NCBI GenBank assembly: GCA_965214605.1
Contig: OZ243961.1
Coordinates: 2,496,001-2,560,000, forward strand
Source of the DNA: an uncultured Candidatus Binatia bacterium
GTDB lineage: Bacteria > Desulfobacterota > Binatia > Bin18
Length of the DNA stretch: 64,000 nucleotides
Reading direction: 5' to 3'
The notes beneath the pieces are model-generated. The model did not search any database. It saw only the letters and a program-made list of their open reading frames with translations, and was not told the DNA's origin. Within the stretch, counting starts at the first letter, position 1; each line of letters begins with the position of its first letter. Positions 50,520-61,371 of the stretch are shown in pieces. The translations under genes and the position numbers were made by a program.

Positions 50520-52964
50520 CTAATGGTACATCTCAACTAGGTCAATCATGCCGCACCGTTTGAGCTCCTTGAACAGCCGTCCTTTGACCTGCTGGACCGT
50601 TTCCATCCGGACCGCCTCTTGGGTCAAACGACGTGCCGATCTGGCCGACAACGAGCGCAGGACCCGTTTGATGACCGGCACAAAGAAGGGTTTCATGCTG
50701 AGTTCGTCGAGTCCCATTCCCAGCAGCAACAGCGTACACAGCGGATCGGCCGCCATCTCGCCACACAGGCTGACCCGCTTGCCAGCCTGCTTAGCCGCCT
50801 GGACGGTGGTGTAAACGGCCTTGAGCACGGCCGGGTGCAGGGGCTCGTAGAGAGGCGCAACTTTTGGGTTGTTCCGATCAACGGCTAAGACGTACTGAAT
50901 CAGGTCATTCGTCCCAATACTAAAAAAGTCGACATCCTGGACTAGCCGTTCAGCCATCAATACGGCGGCCGGAACCTCAACCATCATGCCAATCGGCATA
51001 GTGGCGTCAAACGCCTGCCCCTCTTTGTGCAGTTCCTCTTTGGCCTGGGCGAAGAGTTCTTTGACCTGATTCAGTTCTTCAAGACTCGAGATCATGGGAA
51101 ACAAGACCCGCACTGGTCCGTGTGCCCCCGTGCGCAGAATAGCCCGGAGCTGGACTTTAAAGAGCTCGTGCATCTCGAGCGAGATGCGGATCGAGCGCCA
51201 GCCCAAAAACGGATTGTCCTCCTGGGGCAGGCGCAGATACGAGGGGTATTTGTCGGGTCCGAGGTCAAGCGTCCGAATCGTCACAGGCCAGCCGTCCATG
51301 CTCTTGAGCACGCGCCGGTAGAGGGAAAACTGTTCCTCTTCGCTCGGAAAATCGTGATAGGTCAGAAACGGCACCTCGGTCCGGTACAGACCGATCCCCT
51401 CGGCTCCGTGGCGTTTGGCGAACACGGTGTCGCTCAGCAACCCAACGTTCGCTCCGAGGCTGATCCGCACCCCATCCCGCGTTTCGGCCGGCAGGTCGTG
51501 CAGGTCTTTGAGGTCACGCGTAAACGCCCGATACTCCCGATTGAGCCGGCCATACTCACGCATGACGTCGCTGCCCGGATTGAGATACACCACCCCGGAG
51601 TTGCCATCGACGATCAGCGTGTCAGCCGGTTGGATCAACTCGGTGTGATACACCCCGACGATGGTCGGAATCTCGAACGACTTGGCCAGGATAGCCGCGT
51701 GCGAAGTGGCCCCCCCACTGGCCAGCACGACGCCTTTGAGCCGCGTGTGGTCAACCCGACACAAGTCCGAGAGCGTCACCTCATCGGCCACCAGGACAAA
51801 GTTCTCGCCCTGTGGCCCTTCGCGTTCTTCGAGGCCCAACAAGTGACGCAGCACCCGTTGGCCGATGTCGCGCAAATCGGCCGTCCGGTCCTGTAAATGT
51901 GCATCGCCAACATGGCCGAGCGCCTCGATATACTCCTCGATAACTTTTTTGAACGCGGTTTCCGCGGCCGCGCCCTGCTTGATCAACTCCTCGACCTTAT
52001 CGATCAGGCTCGGATCTTCCAACATCAGACGGTGGGCATCAAAGATCGCCCGGTCGATCTCCGGTAAACGTTCGTGCACCTGTTCTTTGAGCGCCTCAAT
52101 CTCTTCGACCGAACGCTGGAGGGCGCGGTGAAACTGTCGGAGCTCAGCCTGAGGATCGTCCGTCTGGCGCTCGGCCAGAGCGTCGAAATGGATTTCGGGA
52201 TGAACCAGGTAGGCTTGACCGGTGCCAAAGCCGGGCGACGCACCAACCCCGGTCAAACGCATGCGTCTGATCTGAGCCTGGGCGCTGGCCTGTTTCTCGT
52301 GCGCCGGCTCGGGAGCGCTCAGGCGCTCTAGGGCCTTGCGCATCTGCATCCGATACGCCCGATGTTCACGCTCCTTTGTCTTGAGCGTCTCTGACAGCTG
52401 GGCCTGAATAATAATCGCGCTGACGTGCGAGGAGATGGTTCTGAGCAAGCGAATTTCGCTCCGCGTGAAGCGCCGCCGGCTGCGGCTCTGCACCACGAGA
52501 ACCCCGATCGGCTTGTCGTGTTCGAGCAGCGGCAGACCGAGAAACGAGTGAAAGCGATCTTCGCCGGTCTCGGGAAAATATTTATTGCGCGGATGGGTCA
52601 TGGCGTCAGGCACCATAACCGGCTCTAGCGTTTCAATGACCAGACCGGCTAAGCCCTCGGTCTTGCGCATCTGGACCTTGCCAACCGCGTCCTGATTAAG
52701 ACCGGTCGTTGCCCACAGAGTCAACCAGCGGTTTTTTTGACCCAGCAGGTAGAGCGAGCACACATCGGTTGCCATACGCTGGGCGATCACCTGGGTCACC
52801 TCTGCAAGCGTTCGCTTGAGGTCATGCGAGCTGGCGATTAGGGCCCCAATATCCTCGATCAGTCGGAGATCACGCCCAGGACTCGGCTGGGCAACAGAAC
52901 GAGCAGGCGGCCGAGTCTTGGATGTTCGGCGCGGGCGAGTCGTCTTTTTGGAAGCTCCAGCCAT
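50520..52964 (-). CDS. ptsP: PEP-protein phosphotransferase with GAF domain (EI-Ntr)
   Basis: N-terminal GAF domain; TSHAAILA, GLYRTE, NPFLGWR, FSIGTNDL.QY, CGEMA. Confidence 0.95.
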   Translation of the reverse strand: MAGASKKTTRPRRTSKTRPPARSVAQPSPGRDLRLIEDIGALIASSHDLKRTLAEVTQVIAQRMATDVCSLYLLGQKNRWLTLWATTGLNQDAVGKVQMRKTEGLAGLVIETLEPVMVPDAMTHPRNKYFPETGEDRFHSFLGLPLLEHDKPIGVLVVQSRSRRRFTRSEIRLLRTISSHVSAIIIQAQLSETLKTKEREHRAYRMQMRKALERLSAPEPAHEKQASAQAQIRRMRLTGVGASPGFGTGQAYLVHPEIHFDALAERQTDDPQAELRQFHRALQRSVEEIEALKEQVHERLPEIDRAIFDAHRLMLEDPSLIDKVEELIKQGAAAETAFKKVIEEYIEALGHVGDAHLQDRTADLRDIGQRVLRHLLGLEEREGPQGENFVLVADEVTLSDLCRVDHTRLKGVVLASGGATSHAAILAKSFEIPTIVGVYHTELIQPADTLIVDGNSGVVYLNPGSDVMREYGRLNREYRAFTRDLKDLHDLPAETRDGVRISLGANVGLLSDTVFAKRHGAEGIGLYRTEVPFLTYHDFPSEEEQFSLYRRVLKSMDGWPVTIRTLDLGPDKYPSYLRLPQEDNPFLGWRSIRISLEMHELFKVQLRAILRTGAHGPVRVLFPMISSLEELNQVKELFAQAKEELHKEGQAFDATMPIGMMVEVPAAVLMAERLVQDVDFFSIGTNDLIQYVLAVDRNNPKVAPLYEPLHPAVLKAVYTTVQAAKQAGKRVSLCGEMAADPLCTLLLLGMGLDELSMKPFFVPVIKRVLRSLSARSARRLTQEAVRMETVQQVKGRLFKELKRCGMIDLVEMYH

Positions 52965-53036
52965 GGGAAATTGGATACTGGCTAACTATCATAGCTCAGA
53001 CCAGATGCAGCGACAAGCTTAGCGAGGGCGGCCTTA

Positions 53037-53828
53037 TTACCCGATCCAGCCGGCCCGGTGGTTCAGAGGAGCATGACCACGACCGATGCGAAACCCGGCG
53101 GTCATGGCCTGGGTGACAAAGGTTTTGGCCGCAGCAACAGCATCGGCAACCGACCGGCCCTTGGCCAGGCCGGCGGTGAGGGCGGCAGAAAAGGTACACC
53201 CGGCGCCATGGGTGCAGACCGTATCCAGCTTTTGTGAGGTATAGACACGGAAGCTGTGGCCGTCGAACAGCACATCGCACGCCTCGTGTTCTAAATGCCC
53301 ACCTTTGACAACGACATAGGTCGGGCCGAGCGCAATGATGCGGCGGGCGGCTTCTTCCATACTCGCGCGGTCGGTCACCTCAAAGCCAGCCAGCAGTCCG
53401 GCCTCGTGCAGATTGGGCGTCACGATCAGGGCCAGGGGTAAGAGATGGTCGATCAGCGCCTGTCTCGCCTCTTCTTGTAACAGCGGATGGCCACCTTTGG
53501 CGACCATGACAGGGTCGACGACAAGCTGGCGGATCTGATACTCGGCAATTTTTTTGCTGACGGTCATGACCAGGGGAAGCGACGAGAGCATGCCCGTCTT
53601 GGCCGCCTGGATGTCAATATCGGACAGAACACTATCAAACTGTTGGCCCACAAAGTCGGGCGGCAGTTCACTCACGGCCTGGACACCCTGGGTGTTCTGG
53701 GCGGTGACGGCCGTAAGAACACTCGTCCCATAGACACCAAGGGCAAAGAAGGTCTTGAGGTCGGCCTGAATACCAGCCCCAGCCCCGCTATCAGAACCGG
53801 CGATGGTCAACGCTTTGGCGATAGCCAT
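53037..53828 (-). CDS. thiD: Hydroxymethylpyrimidine/phosphomethylpyrimidine kinase
   Basis: IAGSDSGAGAGIQADLKT, TAQNT, DPVM, TPN..EA, KGGH, HGAGCT. Confidence 0.96.
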   Translation of the reverse strand: MAIAKALTIAGSDSGAGAGIQADLKTFFALGVYGTSVLTAVTAQNTQGVQAVSELPPDFVGQQFDSVLSDIDIQAAKTGMLSSLPLVMTVSKKIAEYQIRQLVVDPVMVAKGGHPLLQEEARQALIDHLLPLALIVTPNLHEAGLLAGFEVTDRASMEEAARRIIALGPTYVVVKGGHLEHEACDVLFDGHSFRVYTSQKLDTVCTHGAGCTFSAALTAGLAKGRSVADAVAAAKTFVTQAMTAGFRIGRGHAPLNHRAGWIG

Positions 53829-53831
53829 AGT

Positions 53832-54512
53832 TCATTCGGGGAAGGCTCTGAATCGGCCACTGTTGAGTCCCTGGCCAGCCGAGAAACGACCGGCCTGTAA
53901 TTCGACGATCAGTTCACGGGTGGTTGTGACCGGCTTTTCAAGGACCGTCACGGCGCATCCGATCGACGAGTGAGAATGGCTATCACTGCCCCCCACCCCT
54001 TTCATGCCCAGGTGCTCGGCAACGGCGTGGGCGTACAGATTCTCTTGCTCAGAACAGGCCCCGTTGACGATCTCAATTGCGTCCACATACTGCAAGACTT
54101 CCAGCGCCTTGACTCCCGACATGGGATCATCGACATCAATCGCCGGAGTTTTATGAATGAACTGAAAACGGGGATCAAGCTTGTACCGAAACGGATGGTT
54201 GGCAATCAGAAATCCGTCCACATCATCAATCACCCGGCGCAACTCTTTGAGCTTATAGATGCCGCCGACATAGCGGTCGAGGCCAAAGGCGCCAACGTGG
54301 CCCCACTCGGTCGAAACTTCAATGCCCAAAAACAGCGTCACGCCGCGCTCCTCGGCATAGTCGCCGATTTCCGGATCGCTCCACGCGTTGTCATGTTCGG
54401 TAATACAGATGCCTTCGAGCCCGATTTTCTGAGCCTGGTCGATCATGGCTAAGGGGTCCAGATTGCTATCGGCACTGCCTCGAGTCGTATGGGTATGGAA
54501 ATCAATGCGCAT
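53832..54512 (-). CDS. PHP-domain protein
   Basis: D.HTHT, ITEHD, GH, HP, GGSDSH. Confidence 0.88.
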   Translation of the reverse strand: MRIDFHTHTTRGSADSNLDPLAMIDQAQKIGLEGICITEHDNAWSDPEIGDYAEERGVTLFLGIEVSTEWGHVGAFGLDRYVGGIYKLKELRRVIDDVDGFLIANHPFRYKLDPRFQFIHKTPAIDVDDPMSGVKALEVLQYVDAIEIVNGACSEQENLYAHAVAEHLGMKGVGGSDSHSHSSIGCAVTVLEKPVTTTRELIVELQAGRFSAGQGLNSGRFRAFPE

Positions 54513-54695
54513 CCCGCCTCTGTCTCCTTAGTTAACACTCTCCACGCTGTCCTAGCGCAAGGTCCTGTATAGCGTTTTCATACCCGCGGGGCAAGTTGTT
54601 CTCAGGGGAGACAGCCGCGGGCACGGGCCACTTTTTTACTTTGCTCCAGGGGCAGCCTGTGCTAGAGTTCGCTCAGAGGACAGGAGGACAACAGT

Positions 54696-55907
54696 ATGGT
54701 GATGCCACTAGAAGGAATTCGCGTGCTTGATTGGACAATCTGGCAACAGGGACCGGTCTCAACCATGATGCTGGGCGATCTGGGGGCGGAGGTCATTAAG
54801 ATTGAAGAGCGGGTCGGCGGCGATCCGGGCCGGGGGGTGATGAGCATCGCCGGGACCGGGATGTCGGGGCAGCGCAACTACTACTTTGAGGCTAACAATA
54901 AGCATAAAAAAAGCCTGACCCTGGACCTCAAAAAACCCGAGGCCAAACAGATTGTGTATAAACTGACGGAACAGTCCGACGTCTTTGTCCAGAACTTTCG
55001 CCAGGGCGTGGCGGCCAGGCTTGGCCTCGACTACCAGACCCTGTCTCACTATAACTCGACCCTCATCTACGCAAGCGCCAGCGGCTACGGCCCCCTTGGT
55101 CCGGATTCCGGCGAGCCGTCGTTTGACGCTATGGGTCTGGCCCGCTCGGGCATTATGAACGCCATTGGTGAGCCGGATATGGAACCGCTGAGTATTGCCG
55201 GCGGCGTGGCCGACCAGATGGGGGCGATCATGCTGGCCTCCGGGGTCATTACAGCCCTGCTGGTCCGGGAACGACACGGGATCGGTCAAGAGGTCGATAC
55301 CTCACACCTAGGAAGTATGATGGCGGTGCAGGGACTCAACCTGGCCTGTCGCCTCACCCTGGGCAAGGAGTTCCGCCGCTCCGAGCGGTCCCGCGCCTCA
55401 AACCCCCTCTATAATCACTATCGGTGTGGCGATGAGAAGTGGCTCTGTCTGGCCATGATTCAGGCCGATCGGTACTGGCCGGACTTCTGCAAAGCCCTTG
55501 GCGTAGCGGAGCTAGAGCACGATCCGCGCTTTGCCACCATGCGTGAGCGGGGCAAAAACAGCCAAGCCCTGATCCAGATTCTGGACGAGCGCTTTGCCGC
55601 TAAGTCGCGCGGCGAGTGGATGGCGATCCTCAAGGAAGGCGGGGACTTTATCTATACCGTGGTCAATACGGTCAATGACCTACCCGACGATCCTCAGATG
55701 ATTGCCAACGACTACGTGGTTCCGTATGAGCATCCGACCTGGGGTTCGACCAAAGTCGTGGGCGTGCCGGTACGCTTCAGCAAAACACCCGGTGATGCCC
55801 GAGCGGCCGCCCCCGAGTTTGGCCAGCACACCGAGCAGATTCTGATTGACATGCTGGGCTACTCGTGGGAAGACATTGGCCGACTCAAAGAAGAAGAAGT
55901 GATTTAG
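54696..55907 (+). CDS. CaiB/BaiF class III CoA transferase (copy 1)
   Basis: PLEGIRVLD, QGP, DLGAEVIKIE, N..KKS..LDL, SGYG, FD. Confidence 0.92.
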   Translation: MVMPLEGIRVLDWTIWQQGPVSTMMLGDLGAEVIKIEERVGGDPGRGVMSIAGTGMSGQRNYYFEANNKHKKSLTLDLKKPEAKQIVYKLTEQSDVFVQNFRQGVAARLGLDYQTLSHYNSTLIYASASGYGPLGPDSGEPSFDAMGLARSGIMNAIGEPDMEPLSIAGGVADQMGAIMLASGVITALLVRERHGIGQEVDTSHLGSMMAVQGLNLACRLTLGKEFRRSERSRASNPLYNHYRCGDEKWLCLAMIQADRYWPDFCKALGVAELEHDPRFATMRERGKNSQALIQILDERFAAKSRGEWMAILKEGGDFIYTVVNTVNDLPDDPQMIANDYVVPYEHPTWGSTKVVGVPVRFSKTPGDARAAAPEFGQHTEQILIDMLGYSWEDIGRLKEEEVI

Positions 55908-55956
55908 CCAAGCAGGCGGTCAGCCGACCGTTCTGTTTTCCAAAGGAGGGAAGACC

Positions 55957-57174
55957 ATGGCTATGCCATTAGACGGTGTTCGCATTATCGACTGGACGAT
56001 TTTCCAGCAGGGGCCGGTGGCGACGATGATGCTCGGCGACCTGGGCGCGGAGGTCATTAAGATCGAAGAGCGGATCGGCGGTGACCCAGGCCGAGGGGTG
56101 ATGAGTATTGCCGGGGCCATGATCGGCACGAGCGAGGGCCACAACTTCTATTTTGAGGCCAATAATCGTCACAAGCAGAGCCTCACGCTTGATCTCAAAA
56201 AACCCGAGGCCAGAGAAATTGTTTACAAACTAGTGGAGAAGTCCGACGTCTTTGTCCAAAATTTCCGCCAGGGCGTGGCGGGTCGGTTGGGCCTTGATTA
56301 TAAGACCCTGTCCGAGTACAACCCCAAGCTCATCTATGCCAGCGCCACGGGCTACGGGCCGTTTGGGCCGGACTCTGCCGAGCCGTCGTTTGACTATATG
56401 GGGCTGGCCCGCTCGGGCGTTATGAATGCGGCCGGCGAGCCCGATATGCCGCCGCTCAATATCACCGGCGGAATTGCGGACCAGATGGGCGCAATTATGC
56501 TGGCCTACGCGATTCTGGCCGCCCTGATGGCGCGCGATAAATATGGCGTCGGCCAAGAGGTCGACACCTCACATCTGGGCAGTATGACGGCCCTGCAGGG
56601 CCTGAACGTTGCCTGTCAGACGATTTTGAACGCGGAGTTCAAACGCATGCCGCGCGCGGCGGCGCCCAGCGCCCTGTGGAATCACTACCGGTGTGGAGAC
56701 GGGAAGTGGATCTGCCTGGCCATGGCCCAGCAAGACCGCTATTGGACGGACTTCTGCGCTGCTTTGGGGATCTCCGAGATCGCCACCGACCCGCGCTTTG
56801 ACACCATGGCTAGGCGGGCAGAAAACGCCGCCGAACTCGTCCCGATTATCGACAAAGTCTTTGCCTCCAAACCACGCGACCACTGGATGAAGGTCCTCAA
56901 GGAGGGCGGGGATTTTATCTACACCGTAGTCAACAGTATCTCCGACCTGCCACGTGACCCACAGATGACCGCGAACGACTACGTGGTCGACTACGATCAT
57001 CCAAGCTGGGGCTCGACCAAGATTGTGGGCATACCGTTTCGGCTCAGCAAGACGCCTGGCAATCCTAAGGCGCCGGCACCCGAGTTCGGGCAGCACACCG
57101 AGACGATTCTGACCGAACTGCTGGGCTATTCGTGGAAGAAAGTGGCCGAATTTAGAGAAACCGAAGTCATCTAG
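55957..57174 (+). CDS. CaiB/BaiF class III CoA transferase (copy 2)
   Basis: Close paralogue of the upstream gene. Confidence 0.92.
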   Translation: MAMPLDGVRIIDWTIFQQGPVATMMLGDLGAEVIKIEERIGGDPGRGVMSIAGAMIGTSEGHNFYFEANNRHKQSLTLDLKKPEAREIVYKLVEKSDVFVQNFRQGVAGRLGLDYKTLSEYNPKLIYASATGYGPFGPDSAEPSFDYMGLARSGVMNAAGEPDMPPLNITGGIADQMGAIMLAYAILAALMARDKYGVGQEVDTSHLGSMTALQGLNVACQTILNAEFKRMPRAAAPSALWNHYRCGDGKWICLAMAQQDRYWTDFCAALGISEIATDPRFDTMARRAENAAELVPIIDKVFASKPRDHWMKVLKEGGDFIYTVVNSISDLPRDPQMTANDYVVDYDHPSWGSTKIVGIPFRLSKTPGNPKAPAPEFGQHTETILTELLGYSWKKVAEFRETEVI

Positions 57175-57244
57175 AGCACGGCCGACCGGGAATGGAGGCG
57201 GAGCACTCCCGTCCCCCCGCCCCCGGTCTGGTAGACACATCATC

Positions 57245-58168
57245 GTGACGCACTGTTTTAGCCTCAGCCCCCGCCCCCCTTACTCCTTCTCCCTCACCCT
57301 TGGACGTCTTTCCCGTTTTCGCGATGAGATTGTCGATCGGCTCGAAGACGGGCGCTACGAGCGGCTGCTGTCAGCTAACGGCCACCTCGCCCTGGCAACG
57401 GTAACCGACGTCGGAACGCTGACCCAACCGCTCCTCCACGTTGAACTTCACGGACCGAAAAAGACCGATCTGGCTCAGCCCGAGTTCGCAGCACAGCTGC
57501 GTCATATCCTGGCCACCGATCTTCCCCTTAGGCCCTTTTATCGTCTGGCCCGCCAGGATGAGATCCTGGCCCCTCTGGTCAAGCCTTTTCGGGGGCTCAA
57601 ACCAGCCGCGTCTCCGAGTCTCTTTGAGGCGTTGGTGATGGGGGTGCTCTCCCAACAGGTCAACCTGACGTTTGCCTTTTCTATTAAACGAGAATTGGTT
57701 GAAACGTTTGGCCGCCGGTGGAGGACCAAGGGTCGGGCGCACTGGGGATTTCCCGAGCCCGAGCATTTGGCCAAGGAGTCGCCCGAAAGCCTGCGGCGGT
57801 TTCGCTTAAGCCGAGCCAAAGCCGAGACGCTGGTCCGTTTGGGCCAGGCCTTTGCGTCGGGAGAGTTCAGCCAAGCCGCGCTCGCCAGGTTGGCCGACGA
57901 AGAGCTAGTCGAACACCTCACTCGGCTGAAAGGCATTGGCCGCTGGACGGCGGAAATTGCCCTAATGCGCGGCCTAGCCCGGCCGGATGCGTTCCCCGGC
58001 GGTGACTTGGGGGTGGTCAAATATGTGGCCCAGGGCTTGCTGGGCAAAACACAAAAAGCGACCGAGGCCGAAATGCGGGCGTTTGCCGAACGCTGGCGAC
58101 CGTACCGTGGGCTGGCCTTGGTGTACTGTTATGCGGCGCTGGAGCACAAACGCACCAGCTCAGCGTAG
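57245..58168 (+). CDS. alkA: DNA-3-methyladenine glycosylase II
   Basis: QQV, FP.P, HhH L.GIG.WTA, FP.GD, W.PYR. Confidence 0.88.
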   Translation: MTHCFSLSPRPPYSFSLTLGRLSRFRDEIVDRLEDGRYERLLSANGHLALATVTDVGTLTQPLLHVELHGPKKTDLAQPEFAAQLRHILATDLPLRPFYRLARQDEILAPLVKPFRGLKPAASPSLFEALVMGVLSQQVNLTFAFSIKRELVETFGRRWRTKGRAHWGFPEPEHLAKESPESLRRFRLSRAKAETLVRLGQAFASGEFSQAALARLADEELVEHLTRLKGIGRWTAEIALMRGLARPDAFPGGDLGVVKYVAQGLLGKTQKATEAEMRAFAERWRPYRGLALVYCYAALEHKRTSSA

Positions 58169-58185
58169 TCCCCTCCCCACGTACG

Positions 58186-59538
58186 TCAGGCTGCCAGCGC
58201 GTCACACACGACCGGCATCCCCTCAGACGGCGCAAAAGTAATTCCACGCCGGATCAGACGCACCCGACGACCCGGGGCGGCCCGCAGGCTGGCTCGGGAC
58301 AGCACCTGAGCCAGGACAATTTTCATCTCATACAGCGCAAAGGCAGCGCCGATGCAGTGGCGAATCCCGCCACCGAACGGAAAGAATTCGCAGGGGCTGA
58401 CTCGCTTGGCCAAGAACCGGTCTGGATTAAAGAGGTGCGGTTCAGACCAGATATCCGGGTGATGATGGGCGAGATAGATACACGGGGCGACCACCACGCC
58501 TGCCGGGAGGTCTTGGCCGCCGAGGCCGAGCGGTTCGTATAACAAACGTCCAGTAATCGGTAAAATCGGATAGACGCGTTGGGTTTCTTTAATCGTAGCG
58601 TCCAGATATTCGAGCTGCGGGATATGGCGCGGCTCGACCGGCCCGGAGCCGACAACGGCTCGGTGCTCGGCCCGGAGTTTGTCCATTACCTCGGGTCGGT
58701 CCAGAATACAGTGGAAGGTCCAGGCCAGGGACGTTGCCGTGGTCTCATGACCGGCAACCAGCATCGTCATCATCTCGTCACGCAGTTCCTCATCGCTCAT
58801 CGGCTGGCCGTCCTCATCGCGCGCTTCGACCAACAGCGATAGGATATCTTCGCGCTCTGCCCCGCCCTGTTGACGACGCTGGACGATCTGGGCGTACAGG
58901 AGGTCGTCGATTTCCTGCAGGAGCTGAACAATTTGCTGGCCTTTGGTAAAAAAGCCGACCAGGTGCTGAAACCACGGAAACGGAATCATGTGTATGGGAT
59001 TGGCCCCCAGCGTCAGCAGATCGGCCAGGCATTTTCGTAGCCGCCCCTGCTCCGCCCCCTCGTCCACCCCAAAGACGGTTCGCAGAATCACATCCAGGGT
59101 AATCTCCTGCATACACGTATGGATGGGAAAGGCCCGACCGGTCGGCCAGCTGTCGAGGTTGCGATCGGTGATCTCGCGCATGATCCGGCCATAGGCGTGC
59201 ATCCGCTCGCCATGAAAAGACGGGGCCATGAGCCGCCGGTGGTGCGTATGCCGTGTGCCGTCGAGCAACAACAGGGAATGTTGGCCGACTAGGGGCCGTA
59301 AGATCTCGCGTGTTTTGCCGGCCGGGAGCTGTTGCGGGTCGCTGGTGAATATCTCCTTGATCGCCTCGGGCGTGCTAAACATCACAAACGGCGGATTCCC
59401 AGGCAGACGCATCGTAAAACAATCGCCGTAACGGTGGGCACAGTCGTGCATGAACGGAACTGGGCGAAAGATCCAATGCAGCAGTTGGACGATGGCGGGC
59501 GACTGTGGGCCGGCGGGAAGCGTGTGGGGAGCCGTCAT
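58186..59538 (-). CDS. Cytochrome P450
   Basis: AGHETT, ETQR (ExxR), F.PDRF, FGGGIRHCIG heme ligand. Confidence 0.95.
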   Translation of the reverse strand: MTAPHTLPAGPQSPAIVQLLHWIFRPVPFMHDCAHRYGDCFTMRLPGNPPFVMFSTPEAIKEIFTSDPQQLPAGKTREILRPLVGQHSLLLLDGTRHTHHRRLMAPSFHGERMHAYGRIMREITDRNLDSWPTGRAFPIHTCMQEITLDVILRTVFGVDEGAEQGRLRKCLADLLTLGANPIHMIPFPWFQHLVGFFTKGQQIVQLLQEIDDLLYAQIVQRRQQGGAEREDILSLLVEARDEDGQPMSDEELRDEMMTMLVAGHETTATSLAWTFHCILDRPEVMDKLRAEHRAVVGSGPVEPRHIPQLEYLDATIKETQRVYPILPITGRLLYEPLGLGGQDLPAGVVVAPCIYLAHHHPDIWSEPHLFNPDRFLAKRVSPCEFFPFGGGIRHCIGAAFALYEMKIVLAQVLSRASLRAAPGRRVRLIRRGITFAPSEGMPVVCDALAA

Positions 59539-59581
59539 GAAGTCCAGGGTAAGGAACCGGGCAGGACGAAGCAAGCCCGGC

Positions 59582-60784
59582 TCAGATGACGCCCTGCTCC
59601 CGCAGCGTCTGAATCTCACTCTTGGCCAGGCCGAGCAGCCGGCCGTAGATCAGGTCATTGTGCTGGCCGAGACCCGGACTCGGAGAATCAATCGGCGGGT
59701 GCTCGTCGTTGAGCCGCCAGGGAGATCCCAGAACGGCCATCCGTCCGGCTTGGGGGTGCTCGATGTCCTGCAGCATGCCGCGCTCACGGATATGAGGGTC
59801 GGTCAGCAACTCTTCGACCTCCTTAACCGCCCCGCACGTGATATCGGCCGCCCCACAGCGGTTCATCACTTCTTGTTTGGGAAGCGAGCGCGTCCACTGG
59901 CTGACCACCGCGTTCACTGCATCGGTCCGTTTCCGGCGGGCCGCGTTGGTGGCAAAATGCGGGTCCTTAGCCAACTCCTCGCGTCCCATCAGACGACACA
60001 AGGCCCGCCAGCGGTGGTCATCGGCACACAGCAACAACACGTGGCCATCCCGGGCGGGATAACAGTCGTAGGGCACAAAGGCATTATTCGGTGCCGTATT
60101 CCCAGGCCGTCGGTATTTTTTGCCGCCGTGGGCGATATAGCTCGAGATCTGGGTCGTCAAAGGAGCTAGTGCCGCTTCGAACAGCGAGGTTTCAACAAAG
60201 ACGCCCTGCCCGGTCCGGTCACGCTGATGGAGGGCCGCCAGAATGCCGGTTGCCAGATGAATCCCCCCCAGCATGTCCAGGATCGGCGGTCCGGCTTTGA
60301 GCGGGGGACCGTCTGCAAAACCGGTCGTGCTCATCACCCCGACCATGGCCTGGATAATGGGATCAAAGGCGGGGAAGCTACTGTAGGGCCCGCTGCGTCC
60401 ATAGCCGGTGCTGGAAGCGTAGATCACCTGTGGGTTTTTTTCCTTCAAAACCTGATAGCCCAGGCCAAGCTTCTCCATGACTCCGACCGCAAAGTTCTCG
60501 ACCACAACGTCAACGTGGGCCACGAGTTCCTGAAACAGATCCTTTCCGCGCGGCGTTTTGAGGTCAAGGGTAATCCCTTTTTTATTCGAATTGAGCATCA
60601 CAAACGGAAAGCTCTCCCGATTGGTATTTGGGATAGGAAAGATTGTCCGTGCCCGCTCTCCTTTGCGCGGCGGTTCGAGTTTGATCACTTCCGCGCCCAA
60701 GAAGCCCAGGACCAGGGTCGAATAGGGACCGTTGTAGAAGTGTGTCAGATCGAGAATACGAATATCATCCAGAGGCCGGACCAT
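59582..60784 (-). CDS. CaiB/BaiF class III CoA transferase (formyl-CoA transferase-like)
   Basis: PL.DIRILDLT, GP, NSNKK.ITLDLK, ENF, GYG..GP, FD. Confidence 0.92.
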   Translation of the reverse strand: MVRPLDDIRILDLTHFYNGPYSTLVLGFLGAEVIKLEPPRKGERARTIFPIPNTNRESFPFVMLNSNKKGITLDLKTPRGKDLFQELVAHVDVVVENFAVGVMEKLGLGYQVLKEKNPQVIYASSTGYGRSGPYSSFPAFDPIIQAMVGVMSTTGFADGPPLKAGPPILDMLGGIHLATGILAALHQRDRTGQGVFVETSLFEAALAPLTTQISSYIAHGGKKYRRPGNTAPNNAFVPYDCYPARDGHVLLLCADDHRWRALCRLMGREELAKDPHFATNAARRKRTDAVNAVVSQWTRSLPKQEVMNRCGAADITCGAVKEVEELLTDPHIRERGMLQDIEHPQAGRMAVLGSPWRLNDEHPPIDSPSPGLGQHNDLIYGRLLGLAKSEIQTLREQGVI

Positions 60785-61079
60785 GTTCCCCTCCTCCTAC
60801 AGCACTCGGCTCCCAGCTATCAGTCGCGACACAAAAAGACAAGGAAAAAGAACAGGGCCTGCCACCCCGCCCGACAACTCCTCTTGTCCGCCCATAGCTG
60901 TGCGCAACGCGAATCGGGAAGTCGTCATGGGGAGGAGACACTTTGGTCGGACATTATGTTTACGGACTCACCGCCCGGCAATATTTTATCGCCCCCCTTC
61001 TGAGACGCCCTTCCTGTGGGACTCGGGAGGACCTGCGTTTTTGCGCCTCCCTAACCCCTCCGATACAATTGGTCGTCAA

Positions 61080-61365
61080 TGTTGAAGAGCTTGTGGTACT
61101 TGGTTGAATTCCAAATACCCGTGCCCTTCGGGAGTCTTGGCCTCGTTCGTTTGTCTTGCCAGACCGACCGAAGTGTGTTGGCCGCTGAGGAACTGAAGTC
61201 TGAGTGACGCCGGTGTCGTCAGTGACTCTCACTCGTCTCTCGTCGGTGTCTGCCAACACTCCTCCTCAATGCCAGCCCAAAGACCGCGCTTATCGGTTCT
61301 CCACCTCCGTCGGACTCAACACGTCTCACGCACCCGACAGGGGGAATCGCGGTCCGGTCGCTAAC
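61080..61365 (-). ncRNA. Putative structured non-coding RNA, family unrecognised
   Basis: Many complementary segments; G-U pairs form on the minus strand only; cUUCGg loop; promoter immediately upstream; ends approximate. Confidence 0.55.
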
Positions 61366-61371
61366 AAACAG

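Noticed and set aside
60960-61259. 99-aa ORF with a GAGGAGG RBS-like motif
   Set aside because: Low-complexity Arg/Ser/Thr-rich product with no motif; the sequence is better explained by base-pairing, though translation is not fully excluded.
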